DNA of 64,000 bases from a virus (taxonomy: Duplodnaviria > Caudoviricetes), in IMG/VR virus record IMGVR_UViG_2808606779_000004, positions 688-64,687 of that record, one strand, 5' to 3'. Of the stretch, positions 27,816 to 36,554 are shown in pieces. Position 1 is the first letter of the stretch; each line of letters opens with the position of its first letter. The translations under genes and the position numbers were made by a program. Below the pieces are notes generated by a model that made no database searches, was not told where the DNA came from, and was given only the letters and a program-made list of their open reading frames with translations.

Positions 27816-28135
27816 CAGGCCGATCCCTTCGTGATGGCGAGCAGCATTGCGAACGCGACGAGCGCCAGGACGATCCCGAATCCGATCAGCGCGGCTGAGA
27901 TGAGGTCGTGGCCACGCTCGTTGTCGAGGTCCGCGGCGACGAGCTCGGCGAGCGTCGGGATCCGCGTCAGTGCCTCGCCGGTGTCGACTGCGATCGCGAT
28001 GTAGGTGTGTCCAAGGGGTCCGAACGGCCGGCGCGGATCGATTGGCTTCATGCTGGTTTCGGTGCGGCGGTAATCGAGCAGGCCGGCCGCGTCGCCGAGC
28101 GGGAAACGAGCCTCGAGGATGGGATCAGCGGGCAT
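27812..28135 (-). CDS. Membrane protein
   Basis: C-terminal hydrophobic helix. Confidence 0.55.
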   Translation of the reverse strand: MPADPILEARFPLGDAAGLLDYRRTETSMKPIDPRRPFGPLGHTYIAIAVDTGEALTRIPTLAELVAADLDNERGHDLISAALIGFGIVLALVAFAMLLAITKGSAW

Positions 28136-28541
28136 CGTCGGACCTCGCGATCTCGGGGTCGGTGTCGCCGAGTCGCAGACGTATCCACTCGGTGAACGGG
28201 ATGCAGTGGATCCGCCAGCTCTGCAACTCGTCGCGGTGCGCTTCGAGCGGCTGCCACAACAGTTCTGGCGTATGAAGGATGGTCAGCTTGATCTGGTCGC
28301 TGATCCCGCGCACGGTGACGTCGGCGGAGTTCATTCCCATCGGTCCGGCGGACGGGGCGATGACGACCAGGCCGGGAATCATGCGGGTCTCGCGGTGAAC
28401 GAACGGGTCGCCGGGCGTGTGGTGCGCGACCTGGACCTCGATCGGCTGCCGGGACAGCACCGCCTTGAACCGGGCGCCCTCGGCGCTGAGATCGGCGGGC
28501 CATGCCCGAACTAGGACATCGGTTTGGAGAGCAGTGGTCAT
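28125..28541 (-). CDS. Hypothetical protein
   Basis: 138 aa, coupled to the whiB-like gene. Confidence 0.5.
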   Translation of the reverse strand: MTTALQTDVLVRAWPADLSAEGARFKAVLSRQPIEVQVAHHTPGDPFVHRETRMIPGLVVIAPSAGPMGMNSADVTVRGISDQIKLTILHTPELLWQPLEAHRDELQSWRIHCIPFTEWIRLRLGDTDPEIARSDDAR

Positions 28542-28951
28542 GTGTGGCTGGTTCCTTCCTGTGACGATCGGAGTCGAGCGGGGTTGCTGCGGGTGTGGTC
28601 GCGGTCGAATTCGTCTCGGCCGCCCCACAAGCCATTGGGGTCCTGCAAGCTGGCCCGGTACTGCTCGCAGGCCGCTTTGACGGGGCAGGATTCGCAGAGC
28701 GCTTTGCCGAGAGCGATATTGGCCGCGTATTCGCGTTTCGCGCGGTGGCTGCGGCCGGAGACTGGGAAGAACATCAGGTCGAGTTGGCGGCCGAGTTCGC
28801 GTTTCTCGGCGGGGGTTGCGTCGGGCGACAACACGTTCCGGCATTCGGCTTCACTCATCCAGTCGCGGTCGAGGTCGCCGAGGATGCCGCGCAGGAACCC
28901 GGGGCGTCCGCGGCGCGGGATCCGGGTCCGGTCGTAGTGCCCGACAGGCAT
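28538..28951 (-). CDS. whiB: WhiB-family transcription factor
   Basis: W...A.C...FFP...C..CPV...C...GLWGG. Confidence 0.9.
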   Translation of the reverse strand: MPVGHYDRTRIPRRGRPGFLRGILGDLDRDWMSEAECRNVLSPDATPAEKRELGRQLDLMFFPVSGRSHRAKREYAANIALGKALCESCPVKAACEQYRASLQDPNGLWGGRDEFDRDHTRSNPARLRSSQEGTSHT

Positions 28952-29382
28952 CAGATCGCCTTCAGTGCTGCGACGATGTCGGCCGGTGGGGTCCAGAGTC
29001 CGAGTGCGCCCTTGCAAGGGATCGGCTCGGGAAGCGGTCGCGGGTTTTCGAGCACTAGGTGTGTGATGCGGCGGCGTTCCCGTCCGCCGTGCTCGACGTA
29101 CGCGGACTCTCCCCACGGTTGGCAGCATCCGGCGTCGGGGTGGCAGTCGACCAGGTCGACCACACCGAGGATTGCGCCCATGTGCATGTCCTCAAACAGT
29201 GGGCCGCCGGCTTGGCGCCACGCATCGGCGACGAGCGGGGACTCAGCACCGCGGTCGGACCAGCGCGCGCCAGCGTGGATGGCCAGAGGTCCGCGGTAGG
29301 ACCAGAGTTGTGTCCGGTTCTCGATGAGCTTGCCGTGGAAGATGGCCCATGCCCACGGCTGTTGAACGGTAAGCGCTTTCAC
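28951..29382 (-). CDS. ASCH-domain protein
   Basis: KALTVQQPWAWAI..GK.IENR.....YRGPLAIHAG. Confidence 0.9.
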   Translation of the reverse strand: MKALTVQQPWAWAIFHGKLIENRTQLWSYRGPLAIHAGARWSDRGAESPLVADAWRQAGGPLFEDMHMGAILGVVDLVDCHPDAGCCQPWGESAYVEHGGRERRRITHLVLENPRPLPEPIPCKGALGLWTPPADIVAALKAI

Positions 29383-29383
29383 T

Positions 29384-29998
29384 TCACACTCCCTGGAATC
29401 GTCGTGAGCCGATCGCGTTGATCGGCGGGGCGGCAAGGTCTTCCGGCCACTGGACTGTCACCAGTCCTTCCAGGTGCCGGCGGCGCGTGGCGAATGGGAG
29501 TTGCCAGCCGAGACGCTTCGCGCACATCGCGGCGCACACGGCAGCGTCGGCGATATCGTGATTCGGGATGTGAATTCCGGGCCACCACTTCGACACCTCG
29601 GCGAGGATCTGTTCCTTTTCGGCCCGGCCGTAGCCGGTGGCCCACGCCTTCAGCGTCGGCGGCTGGATGATCGCCCGCGGGATCTTCCTGGCCCACAATG
29701 CCGACCAGATGCCGTACCAGAGCGCGCCGCGTTCGAGGTACGACGGCAGCGCGTTCTTCGGCGGGATCATCGCCTCGATCAACACCAGTTCGGGCTGGTA
29801 CTTGTCGATGACGCTGGTGATTTTCTGCGCCTGTGACACGATCCGCTCGGCGGACTCATCGAAACCGGACGTGTTCGGCAGTGAATAGCCGCAGTCGCGT
29901 AGCACTTTCGGGCGAGCGATGCCGTCCGCACCGAGCTTCAGCACGGTCATGCCGGTGCGGGTCAGGCTCGAATCGATACCCATCACGTGCCGGCTCAT
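29384..29998 (-). CDS. RuvC-like Holliday junction resolvase
   Basis: MGIDSSLTRTG, VLIE, P.TLK..ATG.G.A.K, DIADA motifs. Confidence 0.85.
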   Translation of the reverse strand: MSRHVMGIDSSLTRTGMTVLKLGADGIARPKVLRDCGYSLPNTSGFDESAERIVSQAQKITSVIDKYQPELVLIEAMIPPKNALPSYLERGALWYGIWSALWARKIPRAIIQPPTLKAWATGYGRAEKEQILAEVSKWWPGIHIPNHDIADAAVCAAMCAKRLGWQLPFATRRRHLEGLVTVQWPEDLAAPPINAIGSRRFQGV

Positions 29999-30186
29999 CG
30001 GCCTGCCTCGATCCGGTGTAGCCGCTTCCCGGGCATCGTGGCGGTTTCGTCCCGTCCACCGAGCGCGAGTTCGACTGACAGGTCGCCGATGTGGCGGGCC
30101 AACGCTTTCGCGGTGGTGTCGTCGCCACGCTTGGACACGATGCCGGTCGCGATCCGGAGCGCGGTCAGATCGTCTTGTGCGCTCAC
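29995..30186 (-). CDS. Hypothetical protein
   Basis: Coupled small ORF. Confidence 0.5.
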   Translation of the reverse strand: MSAQDDLTALRIATGIVSKRGDDTTAKALARHIGDLSVELALGGRDETATMPGKRLHRIEAGR

Positions 30187-30323
30187 CGGAACACCACCGG
30201 GCCGCAGCAGGTGCAGATGTCCGTACCGGGCCGCGTGGGGCGTCTACAGACGGCGCACTGGCCGGACTGGACACGAACCTCAGGCCCGCTGAAGTCGAGT
30301 TTCGACAGGTCGATGGTTGTCAC
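30183..30323 (-). CDS. Small zinc-finger protein (46 aa)
   Basis: MTTIDLSKLDF...CAVC...CTCC; GTGA overlaps at both ends. Confidence 0.5.
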   Translation of the reverse strand: MTTIDLSKLDFSGPEVRVQSGQCAVCRRPTRPGTDICTCCGPVVFR

Positions 30324-30601
30324 TGGACACCGTCCTTGGCGGACAGTCGGCGGATTGCCTCGGTGAGCAGTTCGGCGGTGAATGTCAGCGCGTTGGACAT
30401 GTCGGGTGGCAGGGTGTCGCGCGGGTCCACTTCGTGGAGGACTGTGGCGACTCCGACGATGAATGCGTGATCTTCGCCGTTCAGCGCGACGGAGTCCCTG
30501 TAGCCCTGGATGATGGCGTCGAGCGCTTGCTTGGCTTGCGCACGCTGCTGGTCGACCTGCGCGAGGTGAGCGGTGGTTTCGTTGGGGTCGATGGTGGTCA
30601 C
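30320..30601 (-). CDS. Hypothetical protein
   Basis: 93 aa helical ORF, coupled. Confidence 0.5.
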   Translation of the reverse strand: MTTIDPNETTAHLAQVDQQRAQAKQALDAIIQGYRDSVALNGEDHAFIVGVATVLHEVDPRDTLPPDMSNALTFTAELLTEAIRRLSAKDGVQ

Positions 30602-30867
30602 TGTTCGGCTGCCTTCCGTGCGAGGGTGATTCGGGTCGGGTGAGCTGGCATGTGGTTCAGCGGGTGTGGTTCCTCGCCGGTGAACCGGGCCACGCACGGC
30701 GCGCCTACCGGCATTCCGCAGCCCTTCGGCGGCGGCGGACAGGCGACGGTCTCGGCGAGCTTCTTCAGCTCGGCGGATTCCTTGCGGGCGTTGGCCTGCC
30801 GTGCGTGCCACTGCTGGCCGCGGCTGTAGTCCTGGCGATCGTCGTCCAGGTCGACCGGCCTAGACAT
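30598..30867 (-). CDS. Zinc-finger protein
   Basis: VACP...C.M..G.PC......H..R. Confidence 0.55.
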   Translation of the reverse strand: MSRPVDLDDDRQDYSRGQQWHARQANARKESAELKKLAETVACPPPPKGCGMPVGAPCVARFTGEEPHPLNHMPAHPTRITLARKAAEQ

Positions 30868-31231
30868 CGATCGACCTTCCGAACACCTTTGCGCCGCCGA
30901 CCAGTTCGGCCATGCGTCGCCGGTTGGCTTCGAGCTCTGCGTCGCGGCGATCCTCACGGGCTTCACGCTCGGCGCGCGACTCGCGCTCTGTGCGATCTCG
31001 CCGGATCGCGATCGAGGATTCGATGAGATCCTTCGGCAGCGGCCGGAACCCGTCGCCGTGGTCTGCGTACATCTTCGAGACGCCGGCGAGGACATCCTCG
31101 AGTCCGAGTTCGCGGCGGGCGATCTGGCCGGCCCATGCTTCGACGGTGGCCCGGTTCGGCTGCGGGAACCACGGGTCGTGTGCTGCGCAGTATGCGAGTG
31201 CTCGCGCGGCGATCTGGTGGTAATCGTTCAC
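30860..31231 (-). CDS. Replication accessory protein (loader-like) after the initiator
   Basis: DPWFP.P....V.AW...V..MY...FRPLPKD pattern; follows rep. Confidence 0.6.
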   Translation of the reverse strand: MNDYHQIAARALAYCAAHDPWFPQPNRATVEAWAGQIARRELGLEDVLAGVSKMYADHGDGFRPLPKDLIESSIAIRRDRTERESRAEREAREDRRDAELEANRRRMAELVGGAKVFGRSIDV

Positions 31232-32142
31232 TGTCCGAGCGCCTTCCGGTCTGTGTGTGCGGGTGTGGAGTTGCCGCCGAGTGCTGCCCAGCCGGCGACC
31301 TTGGCTTCACCGGCAGTGAGTCCGCCTGTTGATCGGCCGACGGACTGCGCGAGCGCGGTCTGTTCGCGGACGACGTCGGCCGCGATGTGGGGCAGCAGTC
31401 CCGTCCCGGATCCCGGTTTCGCGGCCCAGCGGCGAAGCGACTCGGCGACGACTTCGGCCGGCATTCCGTCGCCGACCATGAGCTGAGATGCCGAGAGCCG
31501 AAGCGCGGTCTTGACTGCGGCGGGGATGTTGCTCGGGATCAGCGTTGCGACGAGCCGGGACGCTGACGGGTCGACTGGATCTGATCGACCGCGTTCTTGC
31601 CCGCGCTCCGGCCCGCGCCGCTCGCCTACGTTTCGTGACGGTGCGTGACCAACTTCAGCGCTATATGTCTCTGTCTCTGTCTCTGTCTTAGGGTCGCGAT
31701 CGTCCGGCCGATGTCCGGCCGAGGTCCGCTCGGACGTTTCGCCGTTTCCTCTGGTAGAGGGATTGCGCCGACCGCTACGTTCGTTCCGCTTACGTTCTGC
31801 GTCTGCGTCGCGATATGCCTTAACTTCGGCGCGGGAACGTTGGTACTTAACCCACTTCGTGAACTGAATGCCGCCGTCCCGGGCCTCGACCCACAACGGA
31901 TCCGACTCGCCGTCAGGGCCCTTCGTTGCCTTCAGCGCCGCGCGGATTGCGTCCGTGCAACCGAGTTCTTTCAGCGTCTCCGGGCCGACGTAGCCGTCCT
32001 GAAGTTTGTTAGCTGAGAAGGTGCCGCAGAGGGTCCACACGCCGACCGCGGCCGCACGGATGCGGCGCGGAATCGACTTGACCTCTGGCCCGTCATAGAA
32101 GCCAAGAGGGACGTTGAAACCCGGGGGGCGGCGCTCGGCCAT
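31228..32142 (-). CDS. Phage replication initiator (lambda O/RepA-like)
   Basis: A.GVW.L.G......L.DG.V; YQRSRAEV...R.....RK; low-complexity middle with short repeats. Confidence 0.7.
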   Translation of the reverse strand: MAERRPPGFNVPLGFYDGPEVKSIPRRIRAAAVGVWTLCGTFSANKLQDGYVGPETLKELGCTDAIRAALKATKGPDGESDPLWVEARDGGIQFTKWVKYQRSRAEVKAYRDADAERKRNERSGRRNPSTRGNGETSERTSAGHRPDDRDPKTETETETYSAEVGHAPSRNVGERRGPERGQERGRSDPVDPSASRLVATLIPSNIPAAVKTALRLSASQLMVGDGMPAEVVAESLRRWAAKPGSGTGLLPHIAADVVREQTALAQSVGRSTGGLTAGEAKVAGWAALGGNSTPAHTDRKALGQ

Positions 32143-32325
32143 TACGCGCGATCTCCCTTCAGAATCGTTGTGGTGGTGGTCATGTGCCGGACATCTCCCC
32201 GCCGATCGTGAGCGGCTGATGTCGGGCGCAGCAGGGGCAGACAGCGACGATCGCGGGGGTCTTGAATGCCTGGCCGCAGTGACGGCAGAGCAGCGTGACG
32301 AGCGCCGCCACAGCGGCCCGGGCCG

Positions 32326-33333
32326 TCACGCGCCGGCCTCGAAATCGAGGGTGGCGCCCTGCAAGCGTTTCGGGTGCGTCAGGGACAGGTCGAGGTATTC
32401 AGCGTTGATGTCGATTCCGATGTAGCGCCGGCCTGTCCGCTGTGCCGCGACACCTGTTGTCCCAGACCCGCTGAATGGGTCCAACACCGTGCCACCAGGC
32501 TTGCAGCCGGCAAGGATGCACCGCTGTGGCAGTTCGACGGGATATACCGCGAAGTGCGAGCCAGGGAACGGCTGTGTCGGGATGCTCCACACGTCGCCCG
32601 GATTGCGGCCGGCCGCCGCGGCGGCCACGTGCCGTGTCCCGGTCGCGACCATGTTCGTCTGCGGAGTCTGCCCGGGTGGCGCGGTGTGGTCCTTGCGCCG
32701 GCGGTCGCTCTTGCCGTTGGCGCGATAGGACGGATCGCTGGGATCGAGTGAGCTGCAAGCGATGCGGATCGGATCGAGGTCGAACCAGTAGCGTCGCGAC
32801 TTGCTGAACAGGAACACCAGCTCGTATCGCCCGGATAGCCGGTCTGTGACACTCTCAGGCATCGCATTCGGCTTGTGCCAGATGATGGCGTTCCGCAGGA
32901 TCCAGCCGGAGTCTTGGAGCGCGAAGGCGACACGCCACGGAATGCCGAGCAGGTTCTTCGCTGGCCGGTCGGCGGACTTGGAGGGAACGTTTTGCATGAG
33001 CCGGACGCGGCGCCCCTGTAATGCGCTGGTCTCGCCGGGGTCGGTGTGTCCACCTGCGGCTGAGTAGCTGTCGCCGAGGTTGAGCCACAGCGTTCCGTCG
33101 TCGGCCAGCACGCGGCGCAGCTCGGCGAACAGGTCGCGCATGTTGTCGACGTACTCGGCCGGTGAATCTTCCAGCCCGTATTGGCCTTCGGCGTGGTAGT
33201 CCCGCAGCCCAAAGTAGGGCGGGCTGGTCACGATGGCATCCACGGCGCCGGCGTTCAGTTCGCGCGTGATGTCGAGCGCTCGACCGTGATACAGGGTCAC
33301 CTGGTCGTCGGTGTAGTAGGGCGCGGGGGTCAC
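32326..33333 (-). CDS. Orphan DNA methyltransferase (N4-C/N6-A, beta class)
   Basis: IVTSPPY (motif IV) before VLDPFSGSGTT (motif I); no neighbouring REase. Confidence 0.92.
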   Translation of the reverse strand: MTPAPYYTDDQVTLYHGRALDITRELNAGAVDAIVTSPPYFGLRDYHAEGQYGLEDSPAEYVDNMRDLFAELRRVLADDGTLWLNLGDSYSAAGGHTDPGETSALQGRRVRLMQNVPSKSADRPAKNLLGIPWRVAFALQDSGWILRNAIIWHKPNAMPESVTDRLSGRYELVFLFSKSRRYWFDLDPIRIACSSLDPSDPSYRANGKSDRRRKDHTAPPGQTPQTNMVATGTRHVAAAAAGRNPGDVWSIPTQPFPGSHFAVYPVELPQRCILAGCKPGGTVLDPFSGSGTTGVAAQRTGRRYIGIDINAEYLDLSLTHPKRLQGATLDFEAGA

Positions 33334-33515
33334 TCGTTACCGCCGACGAATCGGAGCCGGCTGTCGGCGATTTCGAGCTTGCGGGTCCGGACGCTGGTGG
33401 TGTTGGTGGCGGGGTCGTAGCTGACGGTGGTGACCTCGTGCCGGATGCCGTTGGCGTCCGGGCCGAGCCGGGTACCGGGCGCGAACTGGCCGGTCTTGTT
33501 GCCTCGGAAGTTCAT
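33330..33515 (-). CDS. Hypothetical protein
   Basis: Coupled small ORF. Confidence 0.5.
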   Translation of the reverse strand: MNFRGNKTGQFAPGTRLGPDANGIRHEVTTVSYDPATNTTSVRTRKLEIADSRLRFVGGNE

Positions 33516-33682
33516 CAGTAGTCCCTCGGTCCGTTGAGTTCGAGATCTCGGGCATCGTTCGCGGTGTGCAGCTCGTCGGCGACGCGCTCCAGCGCGGTCA
33601 CGGCGCGCTCGGCGAGCTTCATCGCGTCCTTCGCGAGGTCCATCAGGTCGCGGGCCGGGACGAGACCGGATAGCAGGCTCAT
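33515..33682 (-). CDS. Hypothetical protein
   Basis: Coupled small helical ORF. Confidence 0.5.
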   Translation of the reverse strand: MSLLSGLVPARDLMDLAKDAMKLAERAVTALERVADELHTANDARDLELNGPRDY

Positions 33683-34074
33683 TTCGTGGTGACGACCTTC
33701 GGTAGTGGCGCGAGGAAGACGGTTGCGCCGAACTGGTTCTCTTGGTCGGCGATCCAGGTGAGGATCCCGGTGTCGGTGGTGGCCCGGGTCTTCGTGACTG
33801 CTTTGAGTTCTGGCCGCTGGCGCAGGATCTCGGGCCGGCACACTGCGATCGCGGTATCGATCAGCTCGGCCCGGGGGATACCGCGGGCGTCCGGGTCGTC
33901 GGGGTCGACGCTGCGGTCCTTCAGTAGGAAGCCGAGGATCCGGTAGAGGTTGCCGAGGGTGCAGAACGGGCGGTCGTTGGATCCGTGCAGCACGGTCAGC
34001 ACTGCGGCCAAAGGGAATTCGTCCCCGTTCATCGCGTTCACGGGGTTGTCGGGGGCAGTGTCGGGGTGCGTCAT
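33679..34074 (-). CDS. Hypothetical phage protein
   Basis: FPLAAVLTV...R.FC....LY.IL.FL pattern. Confidence 0.55.
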   Translation of the reverse strand: MTHPDTAPDNPVNAMNGDEFPLAAVLTVLHGSNDRPFCTLGNLYRILGFLLKDRSVDPDDPDARGIPRAELIDTAIAVCRPEILRQRPELKAVTKTRATTDTGILTWIADQENQFGATVFLAPLPKVVTTK

Positions 34075-34406
34075 CGGATCGGCTCCGTCCGGCCGGTGCC
34101 TTCCCAGCTGACGACGGTCAGGTCGACGTGCTCAGGCTTGTCTTCGTCGTCGCCGAGGATGGCTAGGAGATCGGCGGTTTCGATGAGAGCGCGGGGATCG
34201 GCGCCGTCGACCAGTGCGCGGATTTCGCGGAGCTTCCGGCCGGCCGGGTCGCCGAACAGTCGGCGCGCGACGTCGACTGCGTCCGAGGCGTTCTCGTAGC
34301 CCTGGTGGGAGTAGACCAGCAGGTTGCCGTTCGGGTCGCTGGCCCGGATGTCGTACTTGCCGGCCATCGCGCCGTCGCGATGTGGCTCGACCTTGACGTC
34401 GATCAT
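34071..34406 (-). CDS. Hypothetical protein (DUF1508-like N-terminus)
   Basis: KY.IR..D.NG.LL..S.QGYEN..DA. Confidence 0.5.
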   Translation of the reverse strand: MIDVKVEPHRDGAMAGKYDIRASDPNGNLLVYSHQGYENASDAVDVARRLFGDPAGRKLREIRALVDGADPRALIETADLLAILGDDEDKPEHVDLTVVSWEGTGRTEPIR

Positions 34407-34705
34407 GTTGGCTCACTTTCACTATCAGGGGCAGGCGCCTTCATGCGCTGTAGCGCCTGGACCAGGCGGGCTTTGTGTGCCTGGCTCTTGAACTGCTCGG
34501 CGAGTCGCTGCCGGGCGCGCTGCTGGCCGTAGGCGACGAGCGCGCCGAACACGATCCAGCCGCAGACGAATCCGGCGATGCAGGCGCCGACGATCAGCCA
34601 TCCGGCGGGGTAGCGGAACGCGGCGGCGATCGATGCGCCGAACACGATCGCGGCCAGGATCAGGTTCGAGATGATCCGCTGTTTCGCCTGCCGTATCCCG
34701 TTCAT
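34403..34705 (-). CDS. Membrane protein with two TM helices
   Basis: Two hydrophobic stretches, basic C-terminus. Confidence 0.6.
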   Translation of the reverse strand: MNGIRQAKQRIISNLILAAIVFGASIAAAFRYPAGWLIVGACIAGFVCGWIVFGALVAYGQQRARQRLAEQFKSQAHKARLVQALQRMKAPAPDSESEPT

Positions 34706-34935
34706 GCGGGCTGGCCTTCCGGTTGTGGCCGCAGAATCGCGATGTCCCACTCCGACATGTCGTAGGGGTCGACAAAACTGGACGGCAACGCGCCGCCGTA
34801 TGCCAGCCCGGCGAGCGACAGACCCGGGCCGGTGAACACGAACGCGGGCCCGATACCCAGTGGGTCTGCGACGGTCTGCGCGCCGTCCGCGATCAACTGC
34901 TCGGCGCGCTCCGCGGTGATGGTGAGCTGAATCAT
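34702..34935 (-). CDS. Hypothetical protein
   Basis: Coupled small ORF. Confidence 0.45.
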   Translation of the reverse strand: MIQLTITAERAEQLIADGAQTVADPLGIGPAFVFTGPGLSLAGLAYGGALPSSFVDPYDMSEWDIAILRPQPEGQPA

Positions 34936-35174
34936 GCGAACACCACTTCGATTCCAAGTCCGGAGAGATCGCGGACCTTGACAGGCCGGCCGATACGCCG
35001 GAAGTTCCTGTCGTAGAACGTGACGGTCGGCTGGCGGCGCTCGGCGCGGACCTCGGCGGCGAGCTGCGCCCAGAACCGGATCAGCGCGGCGTCAGCAGCT
35101 CGGCGGTTGCGGCGCCGACCACGGATCCCGAACGGTCCGCACGCCGGGCAGCGGAGTAGATGAGCGAGTGTCAT
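34932..35174 (-). CDS. Hypothetical protein
   Basis: Coupled small ORF with CPAC. Confidence 0.45.
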   Translation of the reverse strand: MTLAHLLRCPACGPFGIRGRRRNRRAADAALIRFWAQLAAEVRAERRQPTVTFYDRNFRRIGRPVKVRDLSGLGIEVVFA

Positions 35175-35464
35175 TAGTCGAGTCCCGTCTCTGGCGGTGC
35201 GAGCCGGACCAGCGCAGCCAGTTCCTCGAACGTCTCTGCCAGAAACTCGCGGCGCTCATCGGACTTGGGTAGCCAGAACGTGATCGCGCTGCGGTCGTCG
35301 TCCTCCGGCGGGTGATGCAGCCGTTCCGAGCTGTGCAGGAACATGCGAACAGCGCTGTAGGTGAGGCCGGTGTTAGACGTCTTGGTGTCCAACTCATAGG
35401 CAGGGTGGTCCGGCGCCTCGGCGTAATCGGTGATCAGCTCTTGGCTGTAGACGTTGATACGCAT
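35174..35464 (-). CDS. Hypothetical protein
   Basis: MRINVYSQEL...HH...DDDRSAITFW; coupled. Confidence 0.55.
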   Translation of the reverse strand: MRINVYSQELITDYAEAPDHPAYELDTKTSNTGLTYSAVRMFLHSSERLHHPPEDDDRSAITFWLPKSDERREFLAETFEELAALVRLAPPETGLD

Positions 35465-35898
35465 CAGCGGATCGCCACCGATCCTGTTGGCAGCCAGCCG
35501 GGCTCATCCGACAACACCGTGGCGTCGGTGACCGGGTACTCCTCGTAGGCCACGGTGCCGCGCTCGCGGTAGTAGCCCTGTGAGCAGCTGCTGAAGTATC
35601 CGAACGTGCAGTAGCCGCGAACCCAGCCTGCCGGTACCCAGACCTCGCGGGCCCGGGTCCACGATCCGTCCGCTCGACGTGGGGTGTCGCATACCGTGCG
35701 GCGCTGTGCACCGAACAGTCCCCAGTGGATCGTTTCGCAGCCCACACCGGGGGCGGCGGCGGCCCGCGGCGTCGACAGGCCCATAGCGCCGCCGAAGATC
35801 AGCATCGCGGCGAGCAACCAGGCGAGCGGAATGATCCGCTCGCGGACGACGGAACGACGCGCCACCGCGCCGCCCGCCATCCCACGAGACCGCGACAT
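35464..35898 (-). CDS. Secreted protein (CDGP-domain-like)
   Basis: Signal peptide ending AAA; C......G..RRT.CD.P...DGSW.R.R...YPV...VL.DEPG. Confidence 0.7.
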   Translation of the reverse strand: MSRSRGMAGGAVARRSVVRERIIPLAWLLAAMLIFGGAMGLSTPRAAAAPGVGCETIHWGLFGAQRRTVCDTPRRADGSWTRAREVWVPAGWVRGYCTFGYFSSCSQGYYRERGTVAYEEYPVTDATVLSDEPGWLPTGSVAIR

Positions 35899-36317
35899 CA
35901 GGCTTCGCCGCCCTTGTCGTCGCTGAACGCCGGCCCGCTGGTGTCGAGCTCGTCGTCATCCTCTTCGTCGCCGTCGTCCTCACCGGCAGCCTGCGGGGTG
36001 ACCTGCCCGTCCTTGTCGAACATGCCGGTCTGGACCTGATCTGTGGGCGGCTTCGACCCAGCCGGGCCGACCCATTCGACCTTGAGCGAGCGCTTGGGCC
36101 GCAACTCGCCATCGGCCATCAGCTGATGCCCGTCGCCGATGCACTTCACCCGGACAACCAGGGTCAGGCTGTCGCCGATCTCCGGCGGGTTTTCGAGCTT
36201 CATATTCGTAGCCCGGAAACCGATGTAGGCGCCGCCGGTGTCGACGCTGTTGTCTCCGTGCTTGTCGAGTTCGTTGGTCGACGGGTGGTCAGAGGCTTTG
36301 GTGGTGTCCACGCCCAT
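35898..36317 (-). CDS. Beta-rich protein with acidic tail (possible ssDNA-binding protein)
   Basis: Beta-rich core plus EDDGDEEDDDE tail near recT; function inferred. Confidence 0.35.
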   Translation of the reverse strand: MGVDTTKASDHPSTNELDKHGDNSVDTGGAYIGFRATNMKLENPPEIGDSLTLVVRVKCIGDGHQLMADGELRPKRSLKVEWVGPAGSKPPTDQVQTGMFDKDGQVTPQAAGEDDGDEEDDDELDTSGPAFSDDKGGEA

Positions 36318-36340
36318 GTTGTCCCGATTCCTATCTGTGT

Positions 36341-36550
36341 TCAGCGGGCTTGTGCCGCTTGGTTTCCGCTGCCCGGTTGGGCGGCGGCGTCTTCGATGAC
36401 GGCGATACGGACCGCGCGTCGGTTCCCGGCCAGCGGCGTCCGAAAGTCAAGTAGGCAGTTGTCCGGGTGGCCTGCCTTGTCCGCATCGCTGACGAGCCGG
36501 CGCAGGTGGCCGAGGGTCAGCGATTCGCCGCGGGGATCGACTCCGGTCAT
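36341..36550 (-). CDS. Hypothetical protein
   Basis: Small ORF after recT. Confidence 0.45.
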   Translation of the reverse strand: MTGVDPRGESLTLGHLRRLVSDADKAGHPDNCLLDFRTPLAGNRRAVRIAVIEDAAAQPGSGNQAAQAR

Positions 36551-36554
36551 GGCG

